Counted from the stretch's first letter, positions 39,139-49,780 are shown. The stretch is 64,000 nt of DNA from Collinsella sp. (GCA_052033095.1 JBPGZF010000002.1:27597-91596), one strand, 5' to 3'. Numbers and translations are program-made. The notes: generated from the letters alone by a model not told the origin.

Positions 39139-40137
39139 TTAGTACTCGACCTTGCGGTAATAACGGCGGATGTCGAGCGAATGGTCACGAATTTCCTCGA
39201 AATTCTTGCTCACACGCGAGAGAATGGCATTGAGCACCACCGGAGAAAGCATCCAGCGGAATTCATCACTGATACCCGGCAACTCATAATCATGTGTATC
39301 GAATACGGTGAAATCATCCGCATATTGCTTACAGAAGCGTGCAACGCGCTCATCAAGAGGCCTAGTCTGCGCCTCCGTCATTGCGAGCGCGACGCAAACG
39401 CCCGGCTCAACAAGTTCGATAGTGCCATGGAAGAACTCAGGCGATGTAACGGATTTGGTGCGCAGCCATTGGGACTCCTCGAGCACGCACATGGCAAACG
39501 AATACGTGGGGCCCCACAGATTGCCAGAACCAATCCAAATCTGATACGGATCGTCCTTGTGCTTCAGAGCATATGCGCGAGCCATCTCGTCAGCGTTCTT
39601 GCCGACGGAAACGAGAGCAGCGGGGAGATTCACAAGCTCATCAGCGAAGCGATCGTAGTCATCGAAAAAGCCCCTGTTCTTGAGAATCTTTCCAATCAGA
39701 AGGTACAGCACGAGCTCCATAGGACGACCCTGCTTATAGATCACTCCATAATCGGAAAGTTCACCAAGCGGTGAACCGTCCACGCCAAGCGTAGAGACAA
39801 TGGTGCAGCCTGCGTCTTTTGCCGCCTTTGCCGCCGCGACCGTCTCTTTGGTGTCGCCCGACTTGGACGCCATGAACGCCAAGGTCCCCTTACCGATGCG
39901 CCGATTGCCAACCGTGAGGAAATCTGCCGAAACTTGGGACTGGACGGGAATATCGGACATAACAGAAACCATATAGTCAAACGGCTGCATCATCGCAAGC
40001 GAGCCACCTGACGAGGTGAAGAAAATCGAATCGAAACCCTTTTCGCAAATTTCGTCAGCAATGCGTTCAATTTCGGCACGTTGATTGTAGATATAAGCAC
40101 CGTTATCGAGAATTGCCTGTTCATCAAATGAAACCAT
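39139..40137 (-). CDS. frlB: SIS-domain deglycase (FrlB-like paralog)
   Basis: SKSGDTKET, FAMCVLEESQW, EFFHG, RRYY. Confidence 0.85.
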   Translation of the reverse strand: MVSFDEQAILDNGAYIYNQRAEIERIADEICEKGFDSIFFTSSGGSLAMMQPFDYMVSVMSDIPVQSQVSADFLTVGNRRIGKGTLAFMASKSGDTKETVAAAKAAKDAGCTIVSTLGVDGSPLGELSDYGVIYKQGRPMELVLYLLIGKILKNRGFFDDYDRFADELVNLPAALVSVGKNADEMARAYALKHKDDPYQIWIGSGNLWGPTYSFAMCVLEESQWLRTKSVTSPEFFHGTIELVEPGVCVALAMTEAQTRPLDERVARFCKQYADDFTVFDTHDYELPGISDEFRWMLSPVVLNAILSRVSKNFEEIRDHSLDIRRYYRKVEY

Positions 40138-40185
40138 GAGATATACCTTTCTAATTCAATTGGGCCAGACGGCGAAATCAACCAT

Positions 40186-41016
40186 TTAGATTGCAAACAC
40201 TCCGAAGAAGGAGCCGACGATACCAACCGCCATGAGAATAACGAGAATCCAAGCAATTTTGACCTTGTGCTGGACGAGTTCGTAAACTCCAAGTGTCACA
40301 AGCAGCGGCAGCAGGCTCGGCATGATACCGTCGATGATGCTTTGGATAGTCTGCGCACTGTCGCCGGTACCGAGAGAACCAGCCACGCTGACCGATACAA
40401 GGTTGGGCACCATAGCGCCGATAACCATAAGACCGAGAATTGCAGCCCCCATAGTGAGCTTTGGCATAAGACCAGATTTCTCGATCTTGCTCAAGAAACT
40501 GGTTCCGAATCCATAGCCCCATTTAAGGCAGAACCAACGAATCAGATAATGCGGGACATTGAATACGACAAGGAAGAGAAGCGGGCCGAGAATGTTACCC
40601 TGCATAGCAAGCGACACACCCAAGCCAGTGGCGATGACACGCAACGTTCCCCAGAACAGAGAGTCGCCGATGCCGGCCAGCGGGCTCATAAGAGCGGCCT
40701 TTACGCTGTTGATGGAGGATTCGTCAAAATCCTCTTCGTTAGCGTTTGCCTCTTCCATCGCTGCCGAAATGCCCAGAATTAATGTTGAGACATAAGGAGT
40801 GGTGTTGAAGAACTCCATGTGACGCTTAGCAGCAGCAGCCTGGTCATCCTTATTCTTATACACGCGACGAATGATGGGAAGCATGGAGAAGCAGTATCCC
40901 ATGTGCTGCTGGCGCTCGTAGTTCCAGGAGTACTCCATCGTAAGCGAACGGAAAAATACCGATTTTAGATCACGCTTTGTAATCTTGTTGGAACTGGTGT
41001 CATTAGAAGTCGTCAT
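40186..41016 (-). CDS. PTS mannose/fructose/sorbose family IID
   Basis: SWNYERQQ, HMEFFNT, LAGIGDS. Confidence 0.92.
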   Translation of the reverse strand: MTTSNDTSSNKITKRDLKSVFFRSLTMEYSWNYERQQHMGYCFSMLPIIRRVYKNKDDQAAAAKRHMEFFNTTPYVSTLILGISAAMEEANANEEDFDESSINSVKAALMSPLAGIGDSLFWGTLRVIATGLGVSLAMQGNILGPLLFLVVFNVPHYLIRWFCLKWGYGFGTSFLSKIEKSGLMPKLTMGAAILGLMVIGAMVPNLVSVSVAGSLGTGDSAQTIQSIIDGIMPSLLPLLVTLGVYELVQHKVKIAWILVILMAVGIVGSFFGVFAI

Positions 41017-41788
41017 CGTCGAAGCTCCCTTCCGAACTAAGCTGTGGCGTCTGAGCAATGAAGTTTGGCTGGACCACCACGAGAATTACTGCGAGGCAAA
41101 GCCCAATGATGGCAATACCAAGGATTGGAATGCTCATGTAGGCACAGAGCGCAAACCCGAGCACGAAGAAAATAGCAGTCTGCTTGTTGACAATCATTGA
41201 AGCGAGCAGCGCAATGCCGAGCGCAGGGATGAATCCACCCGCAATAACCAGGCCGTTACTTACAAACTCGGGAATTGCGTTAAGCACCGCGTTCATAACC
41301 GGCGTTCCGAGATAGAAAGCAAGGGAGCACACGAAAAAGCGAGGAAGCGATTTGACGATGAATCCACCAAGCAGATGCATCCGCTCCATACCTTTGAGGT
41401 CGCCCTTTGCCACGCAGTCGTCCGCTTTATGGACGAAAAACGGCATCACGATCAGCGTAAGCGCGTTATCAATGATGAGATAAAGCGACGCAATCGGGAA
41501 AGCGAGCGTCAGCGCAACTTCAGCGCCTTGACCCGTCGAAATTGCAAAGGCAGTGCCCAAAATACCACCGGTGATAACGTCAGGCGGAACGGCCGCCCCG
41601 ATGGTAACCGATCCAATGAACACCATTTCAAGCGTGGCGCCGACAATAATGCCCGTCTGCAAATCACCCATCACAAGACCGATGAGGACGCCCGTGACAA
41701 TCGGGCGAGAAGCAAGGCAAGTGCCAAGTGCCCACTCAAATGTCACGCACATTGCGACGAGGCCGATAAGGATCGCTTGAGTCAACAT
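41003..41788 (-). CDS. PTS mannose family IIC
   Basis: RPIVTG, GATLE, GAAVPPD, IPALG. Confidence 0.92.
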   Translation of the reverse strand: MLTQAILIGLVAMCVTFEWALGTCLASRPIVTGVLIGLVMGDLQTGIIVGATLEMVFIGSVTIGAAVPPDVITGGILGTAFAISTGQGAEVALTLAFPIASLYLIIDNALTLIVMPFFVHKADDCVAKGDLKGMERMHLLGGFIVKSLPRFFVCSLAFYLGTPVMNAVLNAIPEFVSNGLVIAGGFIPALGIALLASMIVNKQTAIFFVLGFALCAYMSIPILGIAIIGLCLAVILVVVQPNFIAQTPQLSSEGSFDDDDF

Positions 41789-41815
41789 GAGGGATCCCCT
41801 TTCTATTGTATGTGC

Positions 41816-42277
41816 TTAAATCAAAATCTTCTCGTCTCTAGGTACCTGCCTGATCTCCACCTCGATTCCGGCATCACTGAGCTCATGTAGAAGCTCCACG
41901 TCGCGATCGGTAGCGAAAACCGTTGAAGATAGGCGTACATCTGCACCCTCACGCGGCTTCGTTCCTCCAATGTTGATATGCTCGATTTCGCTGTAGCCCT
42001 TTGCCAGGCGGTAAGCATCTTCGATGCTTTCAACGACAATGAACAAACGGTACTTATCGGTCACACCGCTCCTAAGAGCCTCGATAGAATCATCGACCGA
42101 TTTGATAACCAATTTGACGCCTGCCGGACGTGCCAGCTTAAGCGTCGTCTTGCGCACGTCATCTTTCACAACCGCATCGCAGGCAATCAAAATGCAATTG
42201 GTGTCAAGCTCTTGCGTCCAAGTCATGGCAACCTGACCATGAAGCAAGCGATGGTCAACTCTCAGCAGCTTAATCAT
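41816..42277 (-). CDS. PTS mannose family IIB
   Basis: LLRVDHRLLHGQV phosphorylation motif. Confidence 0.93.
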   Translation of the reverse strand: MIKLLRVDHRLLHGQVAMTWTQELDTNCILIACDAVVKDDVRKTTLKLARPAGVKLVIKSVDDSIEALRSGVTDKYRLFIVVESIEDAYRLAKGYSEIEHINIGGTKPREGADVRLSSTVFATDRDVELLHELSDAGIEVEIRQVPRDEKILI

Positions 42278-42290
42278 CTTTGTTCCTTTC

Positions 42291-42707
42291 TCAAAAATCC
42301 TCGTCTTCTTCTACCGAATTTGGCAGCGAACATAGGCATGTGCCCTTTTGGCGGACACTTGAAACCAATGCAGCGAGCTCGGCGTCATCAAGTGTGCTCA
42401 ATTTCGAAAACACTTCGAGCACTAGTGGTAGCGACATGCCGGCAATGAGCCTTAGAGAATCGTCACCCAACCTTTCCATAAAAGCGTTATTCACTGACCC
42501 ACCATAGACATCAGTGATGACAATCCACTGGTCTGCTGGGTCGCGAGAACGGTCCCAAAAATCTATCAACTCGTTTACATCCATCGTGTCCTCATCGACA
42601 TATGCGCATAGCACCTTAACGCGAGGATCTTCACCGCAAAATAGCTGGAGCGTTTCACGCATCGCTCTAGCAAGTGGCCCATGGCTGGCCAAGAGCAACT
42701 TCCTCAT
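42291..42707 (-). CDS. PTS mannose family IIA
   Basis: LLASHG, TDVYGGSVNN, GMSLPL. Confidence 0.92.
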   Translation of the reverse strand: MRKLLLASHGPLARAMRETLQLFCGEDPRVKVLCAYVDEDTMDVNELIDFWDRSRDPADQWIVITDVYGGSVNNAFMERLGDDSLRLIAGMSLPLVLEVFSKLSTLDDAELAALVSSVRQKGTCLCSLPNSVEEDEDF

Positions 42708-42846
42708 TTATCTCCCAATCTCAGTCAATCATCTGTTAATAGAACGTTATATTTTGTATTGTTATCTACAGTATCCTCGAAACTTTCGCTTTGTCAAGAC
42801 AGATCAATCGAGCTTCCTAAGCGGTAATAATTCGCCCGTAAACGGC

Positions 42847-42875
42847 AAAAAAACGCCCCTTTGTCGGGGCGTTTT
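42847..42875 (-). terminator. Terminator after GntR pair
   Basis: aaaacgcccc/ggggcgtttt stem. Confidence 0.7.
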
Positions 42876-42921
42876 CAATCTCTTGTTATTCGGTTAAGAA
42901 AGATCCGGGGTTTGGCTTTCG

Positions 42922-43626
42922 CTAGAGATAAAACTTTAAGCGCTCAGTGCAGTACACCTGCCGCGAAATAAACAATGGCACTCCCTGCGCGCTGCAACGC
43001 TTATCTACAAATAATAAAAGGGCAGATCCCGGCTTTACATTCAAATGTTCTGCCTCGTAAGCACTTGCAAAGCACACCTGCAACGTTCGCTCGTTATTGC
43101 CAAGTTCGATATGGCGTCTTCCCAGCACCTCAAGTAGAGAACCCGATAAATCTTCATGTTCCAAAAAGGCAAGAGAAGGAGTGTAGCTATTGGTTTCCAA
43201 CATCGTTGGCACGCCATCGACTAAGCGCAAACGTCTAGTCTGAAGAATATTCTCGTCCTCCTGGACCTGAAGAAAACGCACGTCGCGCAGCGTAGGATAA
43301 ATCCAAGCTACTTCGAGCACTACGGTAGAAGGCTTTTTATTTTCTTGAATGCAGGAATGGGTGAAGCTTTCCTGGTCATCGGCTGCATAGGCATTGCGTG
43401 TCGTGGTAACAAAAGTCCCTTTCCCTCGCGTGCGCTCAACGATATCGGCATCCTCTAGTTCCTTGATTGCCGATCGAACAGTAATACGACTAACGCCATA
43501 TTCCTCCATAAGCTCCGTCTCAGTAGGAAGCTTATCCCCTTCGCTATATACGCCACTTTCTATTCGACTCACAAGATCGTGAACGATCTGCTTATACAAT
43601 GGAACAGCGCTCTCCACTTTAACCAT
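42922..43626 (-). CDS. GntR/HutC (UTRA) regulator, FrlR-like
   Basis: PLYKQI...LPTE.EL..YGVSRITVR...GKGTFV plus UTRA domain. Confidence 0.92.
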   Translation of the reverse strand: MVKVESAVPLYKQIVHDLVSRIESGVYSEGDKLPTETELMEEYGVSRITVRSAIKELEDADIVERTRGKGTFVTTTRNAYAADDQESFTHSCIQENKKPSTVVLEVAWIYPTLRDVRFLQVQEDENILQTRRLRLVDGVPTMLETNSYTPSLAFLEHEDLSGSLLEVLGRRHIELGNNERTLQVCFASAYEAEHLNVKPGSALLLFVDKRCSAQGVPLFISRQVYCTERLKFYL

Positions 43627-43634
43627 TATTCAAC

Positions 43635-44423
43635 CTATTGCTTTCTACACTCAACGGCTTCAAGTCCCCGCCAATTGATGCCGAGTTGATTAGCCTTAAT
43701 CGAAAAGAAGTATTTGAAATAATCACCCAACATCACCTGCTTAGTAAAGTGCACTGGCTTACCAGTGCTCATATAAACGGTCTCACTCAATATAAACATC
43801 GCAGCTTCTCCTGCGATATTAAGGATGCGCTTCTCCTCATCCGTAGCAAGCCCTGCTTCAAGCACAATAGACGGGAAACAATTATCCTCTAGTCGCAGCC
43901 CCGTCTCTCTCTCAATCGTTTCATAAAGTGATGCGTTCTCCATATCGACACCCAGTAAAAACCCGAAGTTCTTTACTGGAAGATAAATATGTTCAATCAT
44001 TGCATTTATGTGGTTAATTGACCTCACGCGTTTGAGGTAAACCGCAGATTCATTCTCTTCCATTCGCAAATGACGACGGACGGCAACGGGCGGCTCGACC
44101 TCCTGAAGAGCGAGAACACGAGACGAGGTTTCGATATTATTTTCATGGCAAAAATATGTGAAACCCTTAAACGTGCTCAAGCTCGAGACGATTTTAGGCT
44201 GCCGGATAAATGTGCCCTTGCCATGACGCGTATCAAGCACGTCGTCATCCACAAGAGTTTGAATTGCCTTCCGTATCGTCGCACGGCTAACCTCGTATTC
44301 TTCGCAAAAACCATTTTCGCTAGGCAACACGCCACTTTCGGAAAACTCGCCCATCTCAATACGACGGCGCAAATCATCAGCTACTTGTACATATAGCGGC
44401 ACAGCACTAGTCGGGTTAATCAT
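43635..44423 (-). CDS. GntR/HutC (UTRA) regulator
   Basis: PLYVQV...LPSE...VSRATIR...GKGTFI. Confidence 0.92.
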   Translation of the reverse strand: MINPTSAVPLYVQVADDLRRRIEMGEFSESGVLPSENGFCEEYEVSRATIRKAIQTLVDDDVLDTRHGKGTFIRQPKIVSSLSTFKGFTYFCHENNIETSSRVLALQEVEPPVAVRRHLRMEENESAVYLKRVRSINHINAMIEHIYLPVKNFGFLLGVDMENASLYETIERETGLRLEDNCFPSIVLEAGLATDEEKRILNIAGEAAMFILSETVYMSTGKPVHFTKQVMLGDYFKYFFSIKANQLGINWRGLEAVECRKQ

Positions 44424-44498
44424 AACGCTCTCCGTATAACATTCTATGAAACTTCTATACGTTATAAGATAACCTATTACGTATTATTTTGAAAGAAA

Positions 44499-44530
44499 TA
44501 GACGGTTCAATCTTATTTTTGAACCGTCTA
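44499..44530. repeat. 12-bp inverted repeat (terminator or operator)
   Basis: tagacggttcaa-N8-ttgaaccgtcta. Confidence 0.55.
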
Positions 44531-44795
44531 CAATATCAAACACTCCATATGAAGGTGTCGAATGCCACTTGTGGCGCAAACAAGAGGGGCATTTGGCAAA
44601 AATGCCCCATTTCGCCTTGAAGTCGCTACCGTGAAATGCCAACGAGCCGCATGGTCGAGTCCAAGCAAATACGACCTCAAGCGGCCAGCTACGGCATGGC
44701 TCCCTAGAACGAGACTGCGACATTTGTTTGCATTGTTTTACGAACGCAACATAACGAATTATTTCCGAGCAAAATAACGACCGCTGAAAGCTGCT

Positions 44796-45830
44796 TTAGT
44801 AGTTCATCTGGTGGTAGTAGCGACGCGTGGTGAGCGGGTGGTTGCGGACGTGCTCGAGATGGCAGCTCAGGCGCTCGGTGATGGTGTAGGTGACCATCGG
44901 GGAGACGATCTTGCGGAACTCGGGGTCGCTGAACGGCAGCTCGACCTCGGCGGTGTCGAACTTGTTCACGCGGACATGGACGCCCTTCTCGTCGGCGAGC
45001 ATGTGAGTGAAGTTGTCCACGCGGTCCATGAGCTTACGGGTGTCGTCCTCGCCGTAGAGCATGATGAGGCTCGTGCCCTCCTCGCACAGCTCGATGGTGC
45101 CGTGGAAGAACTCGGCGGCGTGGATGGACTTGGTCTTGATCCACTGCATCTCCTCGAGGATGCACATGGCGTAGTCGTAGGCCTCGCCCCAGAGCATGCC
45201 GGAGCCGATCACCATGTGGTAGTCGGTGTCCTTGAAGTCCTCGGCCATGGCGGCGCAGCGCTCGTCCTGGGCGTCCTTGGCCTTGATGAGGTACGGGGCG
45301 ATGTTGCCGAACTCCTCCATGAAGGTGTCGTACTTGGGGAAGGCGCCGGCGTTCTTGAGGAAGCGGGCGACCAGCGTGATCTGGTAGGTGTAGATGGCCT
45401 CGCACAGGACGTCGTCCTCGGCGAAGCTGAAGAACTTGTAGTCGGCGTACTCGGTGGCCGGGGTGTTGTCGTTGGAGACATACATCAGCGTGCGGGCGCC
45501 CTGCTCCTGGCAGAACTTGGCGGCCTCGATGATCTCGGGGGTGGTGCCGGTACGGGTGGAGAAGACGCAGACCGAGTCCTTGTTGAAGGCCTTGGGCGGG
45601 CACGCGAGGAACTCAGCGGCGATCTCGCAGTGGACGTCGACGTCGGCCGTGGTGGTCTCGACCCAATACTTCATCGGGAGCGTGTGGGCCCAGGTGCCGC
45701 CGCAGCCGATGAAGAAGATGTTGGAATAACCCTGCTCGCAGACCTCGTCCACGGCAGCCTCAATCTGAGGACGGAGAGCGAGGGCATCGCTCACAACCTT
45801 CTCGTAACGAGGCTCATCGAAATTGAACAT
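44796..45830 (-). CDS. frlB: SIS-domain fructosamine-6-P deglycase, copy 2
   Basis: Same 344-aa protein as 37091-38125. Confidence 0.88.
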   Translation of the reverse strand: MFNFDEPRYEKVVSDALALRPQIEAAVDEVCEQGYSNIFFIGCGGTWAHTLPMKYWVETTTADVDVHCEIAAEFLACPPKAFNKDSVCVFSTRTGTTPEIIEAAKFCQEQGARTLMYVSNDNTPATEYADYKFFSFAEDDVLCEAIYTYQITLVARFLKNAGAFPKYDTFMEEFGNIAPYLIKAKDAQDERCAAMAEDFKDTDYHMVIGSGMLWGEAYDYAMCILEEMQWIKTKSIHAAEFFHGTIELCEEGTSLIMLYGEDDTRKLMDRVDNFTHMLADEKGVHVRVNKFDTAEVELPFSDPEFRKIVSPMVTYTITERLSCHLEHVRNHPLTTRRYYHQMNY

Positions 45831-46040
45831 CCCTTACTCCTAACTCACTTAGATGAACCCTTCGTTCATCCCATAACGTTATAATACTTTATATAACTAA
45901 CTATGCAAGTATTATTTTGGTTCTGGTCTTTCATCAAGCCCCTTAAAACAACAATCGGCGTTTTTGGACACAGCGTGCAAGTTCATTGAACGATTCAATA
46001 TGCATCGACTCTAGTTAAATGACGTCTTATGCAAATACCT

Positions 46041-46505
46041 TTAATCCGCTTGGGACCGACAAATCTTTTGACTGTCCGCAGAAGCTTTCCCGGAATTCCC
46101 TATGGATAGACGCACCGGCAATCGCTTCGTTATCCGGCTTATTGCGCATAGCCGGGGCATCTGGGAGAAAGCGAAATCTACCGCGTGGTCAACTAGCGTT
46201 TCATCGGAATCGACCGCATCCGCGCCAAATGCATCCGCGCCAAATACTAAATCACAATCGTTGAAACTCGTCCGATCATATGACGGCAATTTCTCGCCTT
46301 AAAAATGAGCACGAAATAAGGGGGCAGCTGTTTGCAACTTGCTTTATTCGTAAGTGTTTTTACTGAAAAAAACAATCACCAACCAAACAGCACTATTAAT
46401 TGTTTGGCTCTTTGCTGTACAGCCATCTTTCGTATACGTCTCTCGTCTATCTCTTATCTCACGGTTGGAGACGAAAGGTGTGCGGGAGTGGATAATTGGA
46501 CGGCA
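46041..46505 (-). pseudogene. Decayed paralog of the AlbA_2/RecG-C gene and its upstream region
   Basis: SYDRTS...DETLVDHAVDFAFSQMP, then in a shifted frame AMRNKPD/EAIAGASIHREFRESFCGQS, match two separated parts of 34418-35890. 46355-46505 resembles 36046-36215. Confidence 0.75.
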
Positions 46506-46684
46506 TTTGGGCCTGCGACGGATTATTTCGTCCGAAAATCCACGCTCGTGCGGTGAACGCGCGGGGCCTTTGTCCAATCCGCTGGCATCGTCTCCAGTTC
46601 GTCGCAGAGCCGCCGCCCCATATGGGTATACTCTCGGGGATTCGACTCGATTCGCCCCCGTTGGGGCGTCAAAGGAGACTGCAT

Positions 46685-49600
46685 ATGTCCACTACCTCAA
46701 CCGACCCGCGCGCCGCTGCCGCCGCACTGCTGGTGCCCGGCACCACCTGCCACGGCTTTGCCGTCGAGCGCTGCGAGACCGTGCCCGAGCTCGACTCGGA
46801 CGCCTACGTGCTGCGTCACGCTGCCTCGGGCGCTCGCCTGCTGTACCTAGCGTGCGACGACGAAAACAAGGCCTTTGCCATTGGCTTTAAGACGCCGCCG
46901 GCCGATTCCACCGGCGTGTTCCACATTCTTGAGCACTCGGTGCTGTGCGGATCGGCCAAGTTTCCCGTCAAGGAGCCGTTTGTCGACCTGATCAAGAGCT
47001 CCATGCAGACGTTCCTCAACGCCATGACCTACCCCGACAAGACCATCTACCCCGTTGCCACCACCAACGAGCAGGATCTGTACAACCTGATGGACGTGTA
47101 CTTGGACGCGGTGTTCAACCCGGCGATCTACACCAAGCCCACCATTTTTGAGCAGGAAGGCTGGCACTACGAGCTGGACCTGCCGGAGGGCGCCGGGGGC
47201 GAGGTCAGCGACAGCTCCGCGAGCCTGCGCGAGGGCACGCTGCGCTATAACGGCGTGGTGTTCAACGAGATGAAGGGCGCGCTGTCCGATCCCATGAGCG
47301 TGCTGGACGACGCCGTCAACGCCGCGCTCTATCCCGACACCGCCTATGCGCACGAGAGCGGCGGCGACCCGCGCGCGATTCCCGCACTCACCTACGAGCA
47401 GTTCCTGGACACGCACGCGCGCCACTACAATCCTTCCAACTCCTACATCACACTCTACGGCGACCTGGACGTGGACCGCGCACTGGCCTTTTTGGACGAG
47501 CGTTATCTGTCGCAGCCGAATGCCGCGAGCCGCCGCATGGACGCTGCCGTCGCCGCCAGCGAGGACCCGTCCACGCTGGCGCCCAATCCGCTGGGCGTGC
47601 AGGCGCCCGTGACCTGCGAGTACAAGCGCATCGAGATGGCTACCACGCCCGAGAACGCCCTGGTGGGCCTGGGCCTTGTGCTGGGCAGCGCACTCGACCG
47701 CAAGCGCACGATCGCAGCGGATATCCTGTTCGAGGCGCTGCTGGGTTCCAACGAAGCGCCGGTTAAGAAGGCCATTCTGGCCGCCGGCCTGGGCGGCAAC
47801 GTGGTGAGCTACACCGCGGCCGAGAGCCTGCAGCCCTACGAGCTCATCATGCTGCAAAACGCACAGCCCGGCGTGGCGCGTGAGCTGCGCCGCGTGTTCC
47901 AGGACGCCTGCCGCGACCTATGCGAGCATGGCGTTCCGCGCGAGCGCCTGGAGGCCATCATCAGCAGCAACGAATACGACCTGCGCCAGCGCGACTACGG
48001 TATCGCCGACGGCGTGGCCATTGCGTGCGACGCGCTAAGCACGTGGCTCTACGATGACGACGCCGCGACGCTGGCGCTCAAGTACGGCCCGGTTTACGAG
48101 GAGCTGCGTGGCGAGCTGGACGGCAGCTACTTTGAGGACCTGCTGCGCGAGCTGGTGCTGGAAAACGACCACATGGCGCTGGTCGAGCTGGTGCCAGTTG
48201 ACGCCGCCGAGGGTTCGGAGAGCGCCGAGGCCGCCGAGCTGGCAGCCAAGCGGGACGCCATGACCGATGCCGAGCTGGCCGACGTGGTCGAGCGCACGGC
48301 AGCACTGCGTGCCGCGCAGGAAGCCGAGGACACGCCCGAGGACAAGGCCACGCTGCCGCGTCTGCGCGTGTCCGACATTGGCGAGGCGCGCCCCGAGCCG
48401 CCGCTGGTCGTGGACACGACCGCGCCCATCCCCTGCCTGCGCCACGGCATCCCCACCAACCGTCTGGCCTACGCCATGCAGTATTTCGACCTGAGCTGCG
48501 TCGCGTTTGAGGATCTGCCCTATGTGACGCTGCTCTGCCGCCTGCTCAAGCAGCTGCCCACACGCGAGCATTCGGCCGAGGAGCTCGACAATTTACTTGC
48601 CGGCAAGCTGGGCTTTTTGAGCTTTACGACCGAGGTCATGACCCAGCCCGACGTGGACGGCGTGCGCCCCTACCTGCTGGTGAGCGCCGGCGCCCTGTCC
48701 GAGAAGATCGATGCACTGGCGAGTCTGCCGCGCGAGGTATGGTCGAGCACGCTTTTGGCAGACGCCGACGCCGACCGCATGCGCGACGTGCTCACGCAGA
48801 TTCGCATTGGGCTTGAGCAGGGCTTTATCAACAACGGCCACTCGGCGGCGCTCGGTCGCGCGATGAGCTACAGCTCGCCTTCGGCCGTGGTGCGCGAGCA
48901 GCTTTCGGGCGTTGATTTCTATCTGTTCCTGCGCGATCTGCTCGACCACTTTGACGAGCGCCTGGACGGCCTGCGCGCCAAGCTTACCGAGCTGGCGGGC
49001 CGCATCTTTGTGGCCGACGGCTGCATGGCGAGCTTTACCGGCAGCGACGAGGACTTTGACGCGTACTGGGATGCCGCGGGCGACCTGGGGCTGGACGCTG
49101 GCGACGGCGCCGATGCCGGCCGCGACGCGCTCGTGGTGCCGGCGCCGTGCGACCGCCACGAGGCTTTTGTCATCCCCAGCGACATCTGTTTTGCCGCGCG
49201 TGCGTGCGATCCGCGTCGCCTGGGCATTGACGTGACGGGCGCCTGGGCGGTTGCCGCCAACGCGCTCTCCTACGACTACCTGTGGAACGAGATCCGCGTG
49301 AAGGGTGGTGCGTACGGCTGCGGATTCCGCGCGGCCGGCGAGCGTCAGGCGGCGTTCTACACCTACCGCGACCCGGCAATCGACCCCTCGATTGAGCGCG
49401 TGGCGCGCGCAGGCGAATGGCTCGGCAGCTTTGAGCCCGACGAGGCCGCCTTTGAGGGCTTTATCGTGAGCTGCGTGAGCGGCATGGACGCGCCGGTGAA
49501 GCCGTACGCGCTCACCAAGCGCCGCAACACGACCTACCTGGCCGGACTCGATCCGCATGCACGCGAGGAGCGCCGCGCCCAGATGCTCGCCGCCACGCCC

Positions 49601-49729
49601 GGTGAGCTGCGCTCGCTCGGCGCCGACGTCACGCGCATCGCGGCCACCTCGCCCACCTGCGTCTTTGGCGGCCGAGACGTCATCGCCAAGAGCAACGCCA
49701 ACTTCAACGTAGTCGACCTGATGGGCTAA
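46685..49729 (+). CDS. M16C insulinase-family (presequence protease-like) peptidase
   Basis: HILEHSVLCGS, FLNAMTYPD, GVVFNEMKG, IRVKGGAYG; AAGGAG RBS. Confidence 0.93.
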   Translation: MSTTSTDPRAAAAALLVPGTTCHGFAVERCETVPELDSDAYVLRHAASGARLLYLACDDENKAFAIGFKTPPADSTGVFHILEHSVLCGSAKFPVKEPFVDLIKSSMQTFLNAMTYPDKTIYPVATTNEQDLYNLMDVYLDAVFNPAIYTKPTIFEQEGWHYELDLPEGAGGEVSDSSASLREGTLRYNGVVFNEMKGALSDPMSVLDDAVNAALYPDTAYAHESGGDPRAIPALTYEQFLDTHARHYNPSNSYITLYGDLDVDRALAFLDERYLSQPNAASRRMDAAVAASEDPSTLAPNPLGVQAPVTCEYKRIEMATTPENALVGLGLVLGSALDRKRTIAADILFEALLGSNEAPVKKAILAAGLGGNVVSYTAAESLQPYELIMLQNAQPGVARELRRVFQDACRDLCEHGVPRERLEAIISSNEYDLRQRDYGIADGVAIACDALSTWLYDDDAATLALKYGPVYEELRGELDGSYFEDLLRELVLENDHMALVELVPVDAAEGSESAEAAELAAKRDAMTDAELADVVERTAALRAAQEAEDTPEDKATLPRLRVSDIGEARPEPPLVVDTTAPIPCLRHGIPTNRLAYAMQYFDLSCVAFEDLPYVTLLCRLLKQLPTREHSAEELDNLLAGKLGFLSFTTEVMTQPDVDGVRPYLLVSAGALSEKIDALASLPREVWSSTLLADADADRMRDVLTQIRIGLEQGFINNGHSAALGRAMSYSSPSAVVREQLSGVDFYLFLRDLLDHFDERLDGLRAKLTELAGRIFVADGCMASFTGSDEDFDAYWDAAGDLGLDAGDGADAGRDALVVPAPCDRHEAFVIPSDICFAARACDPRRLGIDVTGAWAVAANALSYDYLWNEIRVKGGAYGCGFRAAGERQAAFYTYRDPAIDPSIERVARAGEWLGSFEPDEAAFEGFIVSCVSGMDAPVKPYALTKRRNTTYLAGLDPHAREERRAQMLAATPGELRSLGADVTRIAATSPTCVFGGRDVIAKSNANFNVVDLMG

Positions 49730-49742
49730 CCACAGCAAGCAA

Positions 49743-49780
49743 AACCACTACAAAGGGGACAGGCCCCCTTTGTAGTGGTT
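49743..49780. repeat. REP-like palindrome (GGGACAG family)
   Basis: aaccactacaaagggg-acaggc-cccctttgtagtggtt. Confidence 0.75.

Noticed and set aside
37091..45830. Composite transposon
   Set aside because: The flanking direct repeats are metabolic ORFs rather than IS elements; no transposase or TIRs.
46041..46289. Functional 82-aa protein
   Set aside because: Explained as a frameshifted, deleted fragment of the AlbA paralog.
31029..46505. Prophage or ICE integrated at tRNA-Val
   Set aside because: No integrase, phage or conjugation genes, and I found no duplicated tRNA 3' end (att site) in the window.
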